This document shows positions 28,988-39,035 of a stretch of DNA of 64,000 nt, in pieces (position 1 is the stretch's first letter; each line of letters starts with the position of its first letter). The notes under the pieces are model-generated. The model made no database searches. It saw only the letters and a list, made by a program, of their open reading frames with translations, and was not told the DNA's origin. Source of the stretch: an uncultured Candidatus Saccharibacteria bacterium. Lineage in GTDB: Bacteria > Patescibacteriota > Minisyncoccia > Phycocordibacterales > UBA12088. A program made the translations under genes and the position numbers. The stretch is from positions 193,072-257,071 of the forward strand of contig CAZLUD010000001.1 of assembly GCA_964562615.1 (NCBI GenBank), read 5' to 3'.

Positions 28988-31900
28988 TTATTCCTCTTCA
29001 CCGCCTACTGATTCTGTGGGTGTTTCTTCAAGTACCACCACTACTCTTGTACTTGTTGCGGTGTTTCCACTTGGATCACTAGCTACATATAGTATAGAGT
29101 GCGATCCAGCTACTGATGTATCAATAGCAACCGAGGATACTTCGCTGTTGTTGTAGTAGGTGCGGAGTATTGCGACGCCACTATCGTCTATCGCTACAGC
29201 GCCAAGGTCATTGTATGCTTCGCCAACAAAGAGTTCGGCAGGGTTGTTTCCAAAGACAGTAAGCTCTGGTGGGGTGGTGTCAGTATTGGTGGTGTCTTCA
29301 TCTACCGTCGTGTCATCTGTATTCCCTTTTGCAACCTCTGCTTCAAGCAATTTGATACGCGCTTCAAGTGCTTCTATTTTATTATCTTGTACACTAAAGC
29401 GACTCATAACTGTTGTATACAACTCTTGTATAGCCTTTACTACCACCGCACCAAGCTGGTCATACTTGACTGTTAGTGGTTCTCCTTCGGTATCTAGTAC
29501 GATAAGACGAGGATCAATGAGTTCAACTTCTTCAGCAATAAATCCAAGCTGTGCGCCTGGCACACCGATTGATTCATTATAAAGATAAGACACAGGGCGA
29601 AGCGCAAGAACAGTATCAAGGCTGGTAGCGAGTGTTTCTATATCATGCTTAAAGCGATTTGAAGAAACAGTACATGCTGCCCCGACGTTATAAAGTACTT
29701 CATTGCTAGCCGAGAGACACAATGCCCCGGCACCTGTAGAAAGACTTTTTAACGATACCGTACCCTCAACAGAAAGTTTTCGCCATGGAGTGGTGGTGCC
29801 GATGCCGACGTTGCCGGTATTTGTGATCCGCACTCGCTCTGAACCACTCGTGTACAAATTCAGGCCATAATACCCAGAAAGGTGCAGTCCTGGGTTGCCA
29901 AAGTCCCCATTTGCGATGGTCATCCCGTATGCGGCAAGGGTTGAGCCATTCGCACTAAACGTTTGAGAATTGGGAAGATAGCCGATCATGCTGCCATTTG
30001 CAACCGTAAGACCAATATTTCCAGTTACTTCCAACTTGCTCCCTGGATTTGTCGTTCCAATGCCGACGTTGCCCGCATTTATGTACGACGCTGTTCCTCC
30101 GTTCGTACTGAAAAGGATGTCCACGTTTCCTGACGTGTCGCGCATCCGATACCGGCTGTCCCCGCCGCCATCGAACCCGAAATCGTACTTCAGCGTCCCG
30201 CCGCTGTTGTTGATGTACACGGCGTCCGTCCCGCTTGGCGTGATCTCGAGACGAGCACCTGGATTGCTGTCGCCGATGCCGACGTTGCCGTTGAATATTC
30301 CAGTCCCCGCAGTTGTTGTCGCATATCCTGAATCATCAGCAAGTCTGAAATCTATTCCTGCTCCGTTACGCTTGATTGCAGGAAACGCAGATGTCGTTCC
30401 ACCAAACTGGAGTCTACCAAAGTCAGTATTGGCATTGTTAAATAATGTCATTATTCCATCGGTAGCAGTGAAAACAATCTTCGTCCCTGTGGAGCTAGAC
30501 CTAAGTCCCTGCCCGGTAATCACATTAATTCCTGTGGGTTGGAAAGAAATACCATTTGTGCCTTGGACTGAAACCAGAATGACTCCGCTACTGCTATTAC
30601 TCCAAGAAAAACCAGTACTAGGTTGACCTGAAAAAGCCATCGATGGAGATGCGGTTGAACCATTCCCCACATAGAGAGTCGTGGAAGATGCAATACCCTG
30701 CACATCCAGTTTCGACTGGGGATTCGTCGTCCCTATGCCGACGTTGCCGTTGTCATTAACTACAAACCTTGTGACATTAGAGGAGTCTGAAATTGCGAGG
30801 GCTTTCCCTGTGCCAGTTCCTGTACCCTTCACAGAAAGTTTTGCCCATGGTGTCGTCGTCCCAATACCCACAGATCCAGAGTTTGTGATGTGCAAACGTG
30901 TTTGTTCAACACCGCTTGTAAGCGTCTTTAGTGATACAGTACCAAGATTATTACGTCCTGATACAAGACTCAAATCATATCCTACATAGCCATACTGAAT
31001 ATACGCAGGTGCATATCCTGCGCTTCCATGATTATCAAGTATTAATTTAGCTGGGGTTGAGCTAGTACGTTCAATAACAATATCGCCATCTCTAATAGCA
31101 AGCTTTGCATACGGTGAGGTAGTGCCAATACCGACATTCCCATTATCATTGATCACAAACCTTGTGACATTTGACGAGTCAGAAACTGCAAACGCTTTTC
31201 CGGTACCAGTACCACTCCCCTTTATTGAAAGCTTTGCCCATGGGGAGGTAGTGCCGATGCCAATGGAGCCAGTGCCAGTAATACGCATACGCTCAATACC
31301 GGTACCAGTGCCGCCTGTACCAAAAATGATAGGCGCAACCGCCTGTGTAACTATTGCAAGTCCCCCAGTATCTCCCGAGCCAGTTTGCAAGGTACCTGAA
31401 AGAGGAATGTCGAGAAGATTCGTATTTCCCGTTGTTGAGTTGTTATGACTAAGAGCAAAAAATTGAGTAGACGAATTTTCTCCCACCGCTACCAGACGAG
31501 AAAATCCGGAGGAGAGAGTCGATTCGGAACGGATAACAGAATTTGCTGTACTGGAGAAGGTGTGGAGGAGAGTACTTGGACTACTCGTCCCCACCCCCAC
31601 ATTCCCCGTCGCCCTATACACATTGCCTCCAGAAAGCGTCCAGTTCCCCACCGTGGCACCAGCAACAAGCGCACCATTCCAGTAGAGGGAGGAGGCATTG
31701 TTGTATAGGCGGTTGGTGGTAGCAAGAGGAGTGGATGAGGCAAGGAAGAGTGAACCAGTCACTGAGGCATCTCCAGAAACTGAGAGCGTGGTGAAGGGAG
31801 AGGTGGTTCCTAGTCCTAGTCTGTTGTTCGTCTCATCAAAGAAGAAACTCGCATTGTCTTGTGATACCTGTCCTAGGGAGTTAGCAAAGAGGACAGAGCC

Positions 31901-32560
31901 GGAGGTAAAGCCAGAGAGCGTGGTGGTACCCACTATAGTGAGGTTCGTGATGGTAGGAGAAGAGAGAGACACAGAAGCAAGAGAGCCACCGGTCACGGTG
32001 GGGTTTGAGATGGTTGGTGATGGGATAGTGACTCCAGTCGGAAGATTGTCTATCTTCTGGGTGAGTCCCCAGACGGGAGTCGAGGGTGGCTGGTATGAGG
32101 AGTAGGTGCCATAGCCGGTGAAGGTAGTGGCGGTTTGTGTGGGGAGAGTGTTTAGTTTTGTGGTGAGGAGAGCAAGAGATGATTCGAGAAAGGAGATGCG
32201 ATTCAAGAGGTCGGTGTTGTTTGCTTCTATGGTGATGTACTTAGTCACCGGGTCAGTGACACGCTCTATGACTCTCTCCGTGATGATGGTAGAGGTGGCG
32301 GTATCAGTCTCCTCTTGTGGAGGGGTGGTGGGTGTTTCTTCTTGTGTGGGAGGTTGGTATACAACAGCAGTGTGTTGCCCTTCTTTGAGTGATGAGAGGG
32401 TGGTAGATAGGTTGTCGGGAGATGACGATATAAAGGCAAACACGCCGAGTGCCACAGATGCAATTGCCACGAGTAGTGGTGCCATAGATACCTTGAAGTA
32501 TACCGCTTTTTTGGGTGTTTTTGGTGTGGGGTGTGGGGTGTGGGGGTGAAAAATAAGCAA
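28988..32560 (-). CDS. Fibre-like surface protein with GNVGIGTT repeats, S74 intramolecular chaperone and C-terminal Ig-like (DUF5011-like) domain
   Basis: N-terminal TM, about nine GxVGIGT repeats, SSNRFKHDI...LGFIAEEV...VKY..L..AIQEL (peptidase S74), coiled coil, then PPELTVFGNNP. Start uncertain (TTG 32560 or ATG near 32485). Confidence 0.85.
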   Translation of the reverse strand: MLIFHPHTPHPTPKTPKKAVYFKVSMAPLLVAIASVALGVFAFISSSPDNLSTTLSSLKEGQHTAVVYQPPTQEETPTTPPQEETDTATSTIITERVIERVTDPVTKYITIEANNTDLLNRISFLESSLALLTTKLNTLPTQTATTFTGYGTYSSYQPPSTPVWGLTQKIDNLPTGVTIPSPTISNPTVTGGSLASVSLSSPTITNLTIVGTTTLSGFTSGSVLFANSLGQVSQDNASFFFDETNNRLGLGTTSPFTTLSVSGDASVTGSLFLASSTPLATTNRLYNNASSLYWNGALVAGATVGNWTLSGGNVYRATGNVGVGTSSPSTLLHTFSSTANSVIRSESTLSSGFSRLVAVGENSSTQFFALSHNNSTTGNTNLLDIPLSGTLQTGSGDTGGLAIVTQAVAPIIFGTGGTGTGIERMRITGTGSIGIGTTSPWAKLSIKGSGTGTGKAFAVSDSSNVTRFVINDNGNVGIGTTSPYAKLAIRDGDIVIERTSSTPAKLILDNHGSAGYAPAYIQYGYVGYDLSLVSGRNNLGTVSLKTLTSGVEQTRLHITNSGSVGIGTTTPWAKLSVKGTGTGTGKALAISDSSNVTRFVVNDNGNVGIGTTNPQSKLDVQGIASSTTLYVGNGSTASPSMAFSGQPSTGFSWSNSSSGVILVSVQGTNGISFQPTGINVITGQGLRSSSTGTKIVFTATDGIMTLFNNANTDFGRLQFGGTTSAFPAIKRNGAGIDFRLADDSGYATTTAGTGIFNGNVGIGDSNPGARLEITPSGTDAVYINNSGGTLKYDFGFDGGGDSRYRMRDTSGNVDILFSTNGGTASYINAGNVGIGTTNPGSKLEVTGNIGLTVANGSMIGYLPNSQTFSANGSTLAAYGMTIANGDFGNPGLHLSGYYGLNLYTSGSERVRITNTGNVGIGTTTPWRKLSVEGTVSLKSLSTGAGALCLSASNEVLYNVGAACTVSSNRFKHDIETLATSLDTVLALRPVSYLYNESIGVPGAQLGFIAEEVELIDPRLIVLDTEGEPLTVKYDQLGAVVVKAIQELYTTVMSRFSVQDNKIEALEARIKLLEAEVAKGNTDDTTVDEDTTNTDTTPPELTVFGNNPAELFVGEAYNDLGAVAIDDSGVAILRTYYNNSEVSSVAIDTSVAGSHSILYVASDPSGNTATSTRVVVVLEETPTESVGGEEE

Positions 32561-32579
32561 AATTTATCCTCCAATTTCC

Positions 32580-33314
32580 TTACCGTCTGTTGTAGGTGCT
32601 TACCTCTTTTGTGGACTCATTGATGAGCTTAAGTACCTCGGGGGTAATTCTTTTTACGACAAAATACTCAGTGTTTGATTCATTATTTTTGCTCATGGTT
32701 ATAGCAAGGTGCACTAATTGCTCTTCACCAAGCGCTACTGGTGCCTCTTCACTATCTTGCGTATAGACACGCCAGGTACCATGTTGAATCTCGCTACCCT
32801 CTCTATAATCGACAAATGTGCTCTGCATAAACTCTCGAACGAGCGTTGGCTCGTCAGCGGATTGCCATCGGTCAACCAGACTCTCTGCTGCAATCTTTAC
32901 AATATCAACAGCATCACCTCCCCCTTCTGCCGCATCACCAAAATTAAATGGTGCCAAATTAGGATCAAATGGTTGTGCGCACAACGTAACGGTGTTTGTA
33001 GATTTGTTGGTAACGGTTACCCCCTCACCTGCAAATACATACGCATACTCAGCATCTTCAAATCTGTATCCATACCCCTCTACTTGTGGGAGTGTTCGTG
33101 TCAAAACACCATCGACAATAACTTCTAGCGATGTGCTTGAGGGAAACTCTGCAATAAAGTAACTGGTATCGTTACATATCATTGATATAGAAATGCGTTG
33201 TGTTTGTGAATCCTCAATCACATTCTCTTGCTCTATGCGGGTGCTATGGATATACGCAACATACCCAACTCCCACCATTACTACTACCAAAAGAGTAAAA
33301 ATTGCCTTATTCAT
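32580..33314 (-). CDS. Hypothetical membrane-anchored exported protein
   Basis: N-terminal TM; intact 244-aa ORF in gene order. Confidence 0.65.
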   Translation of the reverse strand: MNKAIFTLLVVVMVGVGYVAYIHSTRIEQENVIEDSQTQRISISMICNDTSYFIAEFPSSTSLEVIVDGVLTRTLPQVEGYGYRFEDAEYAYVFAGEGVTVTNKSTNTVTLCAQPFDPNLAPFNFGDAAEGGGDAVDIVKIAAESLVDRWQSADEPTLVREFMQSTFVDYREGSEIQHGTWRVYTQDSEEAPVALGEEQLVHLAITMSKNNESNTEYFVVKRITPEVLKLINESTKEVSTYNRR

Positions 33315-33389
33315 CTAAGTCAAAATACGTATTACTAATAGTAGCTTTATACAATCATGCCATACGTGCGTGTCAAACAAACCTACGCA

Positions 33390-33974
33390 TTAGAGAAAGC
33401 GAATTGATTCTATAAGAGGAGAAAAATCACGGCGAATATCAGTCTGCTCATCAATAAATTGACCAGTTATAACGTATATCATGCCATTATGCGCAATCAC
33501 TACATTTTCTGATACATACAGACCATCTGCCATATACCGTATCGCACTAGCACCAGCTACCGTGATATCACCACGCTCTCCCTGCAACTGATTGATAGTA
33601 CTGTACTGGGGATTTTTTTCTGCCCATGCAAGAGGCGAAAGATTTTCGCTATTAGTGTAGAGTGCAACAGATATGACTGGCGAGGCTTCTCCTCCTAGTG
33701 GCGGAGCCTCGGTAGCATCCTCTGATGGGATAAGTACAATAGTTTTTATTGGCTCTTCATCTGTAGCAACTGGTACCCTCTCTTCTGTTACATACCCCTC
33801 AATGCCTGTTTTATAGTCAAAGACTATTCCTCCACGAGAGTCCTGATACGTTGCAATCATCGCCTCATTGAGACTTGCAGCATCTTTTTTGTCTTCACTT
33901 TTATCAGCAAAAATTACGTAGTACCCAAGCAGTACCACGATACTACTAGTCACAATTGCAAATAATACTTTCAT
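33390..33974 (-). CDS. Hypothetical membrane-anchored protein (PsbP-like fold possible)
   Basis: N-terminal TM; ITVAGASAIRY...LIESIRFL pattern. Confidence 0.6.
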   Translation of the reverse strand: MKVLFAIVTSSIVVLLGYYVIFADKSEDKKDAASLNEAMIATYQDSRGGIVFDYKTGIEGYVTEERVPVATDEEPIKTIVLIPSEDATEAPPLGGEASPVISVALYTNSENLSPLAWAEKNPQYSTINQLQGERGDITVAGASAIRYMADGLYVSENVVIAHNGMIYVITGQFIDEQTDIRRDFSPLIESIRFL

Positions 33975-33988
33975 ATACGTAGTATATC

Positions 33989-34381
33989 TTATTTGTGTGT
34001 GCCACCACTTGCGAGCGTGGCGATAACTTTTTTTATTTGATCACTATATGCCGCTTTGGCTTTTGTTGATGTGAGTGACCCTACCACATCTCTTCGAGCG
34101 TCTGGTGATAAGTTTTTCCACGCTGTCTTTGCTTTTTGATTTTTGTTTAACGCGGTATACAAATCGATAGGCACCACCGCATAGCAACATGGTCGGCGTT
34201 TTCCTGAAAGAAGCTTGTCGCCCATTTGTTCTATCCGGCGGTTACGAGTCTCTTGTTGCTTTGCTGACTCTATCCACTGTATAAAGTCATACTGCGCTAT
34301 TGGTGTTAATGTCTTCCATATCTGAGACACCGCCTTATTGCTATCCAATGATCGCTGTATATCTATAGCTATCTTTTTCAT
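33989..34381 (-). CDS. YdeI/OmpD-associated family protein
   Basis: WIESAKQQETRNRRI...GKRRPCC; tandem domain. Confidence 0.8.
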   Translation of the reverse strand: MKKIAIDIQRSLDSNKAVSQIWKTLTPIAQYDFIQWIESAKQQETRNRRIEQMGDKLLSGKRRPCCYAVVPIDLYTALNKNQKAKTAWKNLSPDARRDVVGSLTSTKAKAAYSDQIKKVIATLASGGTHK

Positions 34382-34391
34382 ATTGTTGATA

Positions 34392-34850
34392 TCACTTTTT
34401 GCCTCCTAATCGTTGTATGTAGGTAAAGTGTTTTTTTGTAACGGGCATTACAGAGAGTCGAAGGCCGGGTTCACGTAGTTGTATCCCCTCAAGAGCTGGG
34501 TCAGATTTTATTATGGCAAGAGACACTGGCTTGTTGCAGTGCTCTACATAGGCAATGTCAGGACAATACCATAGTGGTTTTTCTTTTGTTGCCTTTGGGT
34601 CAAAGTAGTGATTGTTGTTATCAAACTGTGACGGATCAGGATATGCTGCTTTTTGTACTTGTCCTATTCCATACACTCCTTTATGCGCGGTACTTGAATG
34701 GTAGATAAGCACACCATCCCCCACCTCCATCGCGCGCAAAAAATTGCGCGCTTGGTAGTTACGCACCCCTTCCCATGGAGTCTTTTTATCGCGCGCAAGA
34801 TCATCTATCGAATATGCTTCCGGCTCTGTTTTTACAATCCAGTAGTTCAT
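34392..34850 (-). CDS. EVE domain protein
   Basis: YWIVKTEP, WEGVRNYQARN, YHS and RLSVMPV motifs. Confidence 0.92.
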   Translation of the reverse strand: MNYWIVKTEPEAYSIDDLARDKKTPWEGVRNYQARNFLRAMEVGDGVLIYHSSTAHKGVYGIGQVQKAAYPDPSQFDNNNHYFDPKATKEKPLWYCPDIAYVEHCNKPVSLAIIKSDPALEGIQLREPGLRLSVMPVTKKHFTYIQRLGGKK

Positions 34851-34890
34851 GAGGTTGTTCCTAAATGTATGGATACTTGTACAAGGCTAC

Positions 34891-35373
34891 TTATGCAGTA
34901 CCTTTTCGTGCCGCCTCAATGGTGGCGATATCAATTTTTTTCATTGTCATCATTGCATCAAAGACTCGTTTTGTTTCATCCCCACCAGCGGATAGCCCCG
35001 AGAGTAGCGCGCGCGGCGCTATCTGCCACGATACTCCCCACGCATCTTTGCACCATCCACACTCACTCTCTTTTCCTCCATTACCTACTATCGCATTCCA
35101 ATATCTATCAGTTTCTTCTTGATCATCGGTAGCAATTTGAAAAGAGAATGCTTCGCTTTGTGGAAACATAGGACCACCATTAAGCCCCATGCATGGGATA
35201 CCGAGTACAGAAAACTCAACCGTGAGTGCTTCACCTTTTACTCCACCCGGAAAATCTGAAGGTGCATAAAACACCTCGCCCACCGCACTATCAGGAAATG
35301 TTGCTGCATAAAATGTTGCCGCCTCAAGCGCCCCCTTCTCAAACCATAGGCACACGGTATTTTTTGATTGCAT
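34891..35373 (-). CDS. VOC/PhnB-like family protein
   Basis: LNGGP, ETDRYWN, CGWCKDAWGVSWQI and MKKIDIA motifs. Confidence 0.9.
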   Translation of the reverse strand: MQSKNTVCLWFEKGALEAATFYAATFPDSAVGEVFYAPSDFPGGVKGEALTVEFSVLGIPCMGLNGGPMFPQSEAFSFQIATDDQEETDRYWNAIVGNGGKESECGWCKDAWGVSWQIAPRALLSGLSAGGDETKRVFDAMMTMKKIDIATIEAARKGTA

Positions 35374-35452
35374 ATGTTGTTGTAATTTTTAATACGATAT
35401 ATCCCAATCTCTGTATGTATAAACTACTCACTCACGAGTGTACCATGTACAC

Positions 35453-35482
35453 AGAGCCCCGACACGTACGTGTCGGGGCTCT
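35453..35482. terminator. 30-bp perfect palindrome, probable terminator
   Basis: agagccccgacacgt|acgtgtcggggctct, about 20 nt after the stop at 35504 on the minus strand. Confidence 0.65.
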
Positions 35483-35503
35483 TCTCTTCACTTGCGCGTC
35501 ATC

Positions 35504-36384
35504 TTAGCATAACAACGCTCTCTTGCTTTTCATACTTTCTACAATGTGGGTAGGCGCCCATGGTCTGCGCAACTGCAGTGCACCAAAGCTCACTGCATGA
35601 GCTCCCATCTTAAAAAGCGTACCAACATCTGCCTCACTCATAGCACTTGGTGCTATGACCGGAAGGGATCCTTGCGCTACAAGCTCCCCCACTGCCATCC
35701 AATTTCTATGCTGTGCTGGTGCACCCGATACTCCACCACCCCCACCACCAACACGCATCTCTAGTGCAGCAAGCGGTGTACGACTATGTGGAAATACCAT
35801 ATTCCACGGTACGCTGTTAAGTGATATCGCCCCAACAACACCACGCAACGCTGCAGCAATACTTATACACCCCTGGTCAACTGAAACTTTAATGATAATT
35901 GGGTGTTGTGATGCCACCTTCACCGCTCTCACCGAAGAAAGAATGTTTTGTATAGATTCTCTCGCCTCCCCACATTTGGACAAGAAAGATTGACCTCAAT
36001 GCCAACAAGAGGAATCCTGTTCAGCATTCTAGCCATCTCAACCAATTCCTCTTCTTTTCCATGTATTGAGACAACGATATTGTTGTCTCTGAAATTGATT
36101 GTTGGTGCAATCTTATTTAGCCAATAGATAATACCGGGATTGGTTAGCCCAATCTTATTCACCATACCGCCATCAATAAAGCGGACACTCCCTAAAGGAT
36201 TCCACCAGGTAAAGTTTCCTTTCAAGGGTTTAAGTGTCAACGTCTTTGTGACAATGGTGAATAGGTTTGGCTTTATGGCCCCACACCAAACAAGCGGCCG
36301 CTGGAAAAACCATCCATCTCCATACCCAAACGAGCTACTAGAAAGGACATGCTCAAAAGAGTGCCCGTTTGAAAGTGTAATCAT
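35504..36384 (-). pseudogene. Dihydroorotate dehydrogenase-like gene split by a single-base frameshift
   Basis: The 5' ORF has TKTLT, NKIGLTNPG and EVNLSCPN. The 3' frame continues with PIIIKVS, ISLNS and GGVSG. Adding one G to the GGGG run near 35968-35971 joins the two. Confidence 0.75.
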
Positions 36385-36467
36385 GACACACTCCTCTTCT
36401 GGGTTACCACATCTGCATCCGAAACAAGCCTACCTGCGCCACGCCATTCGTCAATATCTATTTATGT

Positions 36468-36719
36468 TTACTTCTTTTTCCACCGTGGGGCGAAGCCAGC
36501 TATAAACGCAAAAAAGTGCGCTTTGATTCTGCTTTCTCCCCTCGCAACAATAGCCTTAACCATTTCCTTTTTAAACTCATTTAGATCAGTCCCTTCGTAG
36601 CAGAGCTTTCCATTGTTAAAACAATAACTACAATACTGCACTGACTCGCGCTTGTCACCGAGTGGATCTTTGTTAAACGGCATCAAACAACTTTCACACA
36701 TTGCATTATCTGTTTTCAT
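36468..36719 (-). CDS. Putative zinc-ribbon protein
   Basis: CESCLMP...YCSYCF...PRWK. Confidence 0.75.
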   Translation of the reverse strand: MKTDNAMCESCLMPFNKDPLGDKRESVQYCSYCFNNGKLCYEGTDLNEFKKEMVKAIVARGESRIKAHFFAFIAGFAPRWKKK

Positions 36720-36795
36720 GTTTTTATATCCTCATTATACACAAAACTCGTAGCGGGTAGATGATGCCCTTTTCAACTAACACACTTAAGCAAGA

Positions 36796-37188
36796 TTATT
36801 TTTTATCCTTCATAATAGCAACGCTCTTCTTAACCAATTTTTTTATTAGACCTAATGGAAGCTTGTCTTTTTCAGAAAAACTGATGATTGATTTTGTTGT
36901 TTTGTACTTTGATACTTCTTTCGCATAATCTTCTAATGCCGGTGGTCTCACATGCAATCTTACGAATGGCTTTTTATAGCTAAACCAGGCAAACATGCCA
37001 TCATAATCGTATCCACCATTGTATGAGTATCCGGGCATATCAAAATAATCTGTCCTTTCTTGTGCGGATGGTGCAGCTTTTTTAATTTCAGTCCGTATGG
37101 CATTCAGATGTAATTGCGCTTCTTTTGGGCACAATGCAATATACTCCTCAACTGTTTTTTCCTTTTTGTTTGGTTTAATACGTAACAT
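36796..37188 (-). CDS. DUF1801 (YdhG-like) protein
   Basis: TVEEYI...IRTEIKKAAP...MPGY...LPLGLIKKLVK. Confidence 0.85.
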   Translation of the reverse strand: MLRIKPNKKEKTVEEYIALCPKEAQLHLNAIRTEIKKAAPSAQERTDYFDMPGYSYNGGYDYDGMFAWFSYKKPFVRLHVRPPALEDYAKEVSKYKTTKSIISFSEKDKLPLGLIKKLVKKSVAIMKDKK

Positions 37189-37224
37189 ATCTTTATGTTA
37201 CTAGGAGCCGAGCATACATCAAAC

Positions 37225-37249
37225 TGGCTGCCAGACTTGGATTCTAACT
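37225..37249 (-). repeat. Degenerate direct copy of the tRNA-Gln 3' end (att-like site)
   Basis: + strand gctgccagacttggattctaact matches the tRNA-Gln region gctgccggacttggactcgaacc (41618-41640) at 19/23 positions; the copy ends in CCA on the minus strand. Confidence 0.7.
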
Positions 37250-39035
37250 ATCTCGGTCTAGAACCAGAATATGCCTTAAAATATAGGTTCGCGTCTAGAG
37301 AAGTCCATATCTCTTCTGGTTTTTCCTCATCAATAAAAATTCTCATCCACAACTCTAGACTCAAAAGAATCCATATAATTTCTGAATTATCCTTTTCTTG
37401 TCTTAGATGCTCACATATACACTCACGTATATTGGAATAATTTAAGTAATCTCTTTCTATTCTTGGATGCATGAAAAACTGAAGATACCTCCCTAGTCCC
37501 TGATCGTCCCTTAACCATTCAGAAATGGGTAAACCAAACCCGCATTTTTTACGAAAAACAACATTGGCTGGTAAATATTTACTTGCGAGATTTTTTAAAA
37601 TAATCTTACTTTCTATATCGCTGACCTTTTGTGAATCTAACAATCTAAGAGCAAAATTGAGCAAACGAGGATCTAAAAATGGAAAACGATTTTCGACCGT
37701 AGACGCCATACCCATCTTGTCTTGTCTTAAGAGTAGAGAAGGGAGGAATGTCTGTAGATCATAATTCCCTAATTTCTGCATACTACTTTTTCCTTTCACA
37801 CCATCAACGATTAATTCTCTATGCTCAATTTTGGTCTTATCTATCTTAAAGAATCGTTGCACATCTACTTCAGTAGAAAAACTATTAGAATAAAATATTG
37901 ATTTTCTGTCATTTTTTGGCAAAATCTTTCTATATCTATTGTAACCTCCAAATAACTCATCCGCTCCCTCACCACTCAACAAGACTTTCACGTAACCTGA
38001 AGCAGTGTTACTTAACAGCATTAACGGCACTGTGTTAGGGTATGCAATTGGTTCATCCAGATGATAGGTGGCAATAGGGTAATTTTTACAAAAATAATTT
38101 TGATCAAAGACAATCTCGTGGTGTGTAGTGCCTAACAATTTTGAAACTTCTCTTGAGTATTCAAACTCATTCCATTTTGAATCATTGAGTCCAATGGAAA
38201 AAGAATGAATATCTTTTTGATTTAAAACTTTTTTTGCCAGTGAACTGATTAGACTTGAATCTACTCCACCACTAAGCTGAAATCCAACTGGAACATCTGA
38301 TAAAACATGCTCTGAAACACTCTTTGTTAACAATTCTTCAATGTCGGACTCAGCAACATCGACATACTCAGAGTACCTACTCTGAACCAGAGAATCGCTC
38401 TCAAGGTCATATTCAACTATTGCCGATGGCGCTAATTTATATACACTTTTTATCATAGTTTCTGAGCCTGAGATGACTCTAAATACACAGTACTCAAATA
38501 GATGTTCTTCATTTAACAAAAAATCGAATCCTGGTAAATGTCTGAAGGTTTTTAACTCTGATGACCAGGCGAACCAGTCTTCAGTATTTAAATAATAGAG
38601 TGGCTTAATACCAAACCTGTCAACGGAAAGAGTTACCTTATTAAATGTCGGTTCATAGAAACTAACTGCAAACATTCCTCTAATTAATTCAAAAACTTTT
38701 TTATCATGCTTTTTATAGGCCAATAGCAGAGTTTCTGTATCGGAATCAGTCTTATACATAAGTGGATTCTCCCTCATCTCAAGATGATTATATACTTCTC
38801 CATTATAAGAAATTACCAAGTTACCATCTTCGGTCGCCAGTGGCTGATTGGCTTTTTCTGACAAATCAAGTATTGCCAATCGATTGTGCCCAATAACAAC
38901 TCCATTGTTTTCATATATTCCAGATGCATCTCGTCCTCTATATTTTATTTCGTCCAACATCCTATTTGCGAGAGTTTTTCTCTCATCCACCGATAATTGC
39001 TTTTTCTTATCGACTAATCCTATTATTCCGCACAT
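37248..39035 (-). CDS. asnB: Asparagine synthase (glutamine-hydrolysing) family amidotransferase
   Basis: MCGI, GHNRLAILD, YNGEVYN, LSGGVDSS and SGEGADELFGGY motifs. Confidence 0.9.
   Translation of the reverse strand: MCGIIGLVDKKKQLSVDERKTLANRMLDEIKYRGRDASGIYENNGVVIGHNRLAILDLSEKANQPLATEDGNLVISYNGEVYNHLEMRENPLMYKTDSDTETLLLAYKKHDKKVFELIRGMFAVSFYEPTFNKVTLSVDRFGIKPLYYLNTEDWFAWSSELKTFRHLPGFDFLLNEEHLFEYCVFRVISGSETMIKSVYKLAPSAIVEYDLESDSLVQSRYSEYVDVAESDIEELLTKSVSEHVLSDVPVGFQLSGGVDSSLISSLAKKVLNQKDIHSFSIGLNDSKWNEFEYSREVSKLLGTTHHEIVFDQNYFCKNYPIATYHLDEPIAYPNTVPLMLLSNTASGYVKVLLSGEGADELFGGYNRYRKILPKNDRKSIFYSNSFSTEVDVQRFFKIDKTKIEHRELIVDGVKGKSSMQKLGNYDLQTFLPSLLLRQDKMGMASTVENRFPFLDPRLLNFALRLLDSQKVSDIESKIILKNLASKYLPANVVFRKKCGFGLPISEWLRDDQGLGRYLQFFMHPRIERDYLNYSNIRECICEHLRQEKDNSEIIWILLSLELWMRIFIDEEKPEEIWTSLDANLYFKAYSGSRPR

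Noticed and set aside
28988-32560. Prophage (tail-fibre/S74 gene next to a GIY-YIG nuclease)
   Set aside because: No capsid, terminase or integrase genes nearby. The fibre has an N-terminal TM, and the GIY-YIG is the small stand-alone type.
28988-32560. Diversity-generating retroelement target
   Set aside because: No reverse transcriptase in the window, and no repeat pair differing only at adenines.
35453-35482. 30-bp perfect palindrome as a REP/MITE or operator
   Set aside because: Single copy, positioned just after a stop codon; best explained as a terminator.
37195-37440. 81-aa + strand ORF containing WLPDLDSN
   Set aside because: Mostly antisense to asnB; the motif is the antisense translation of the tRNA-Gln fragment.
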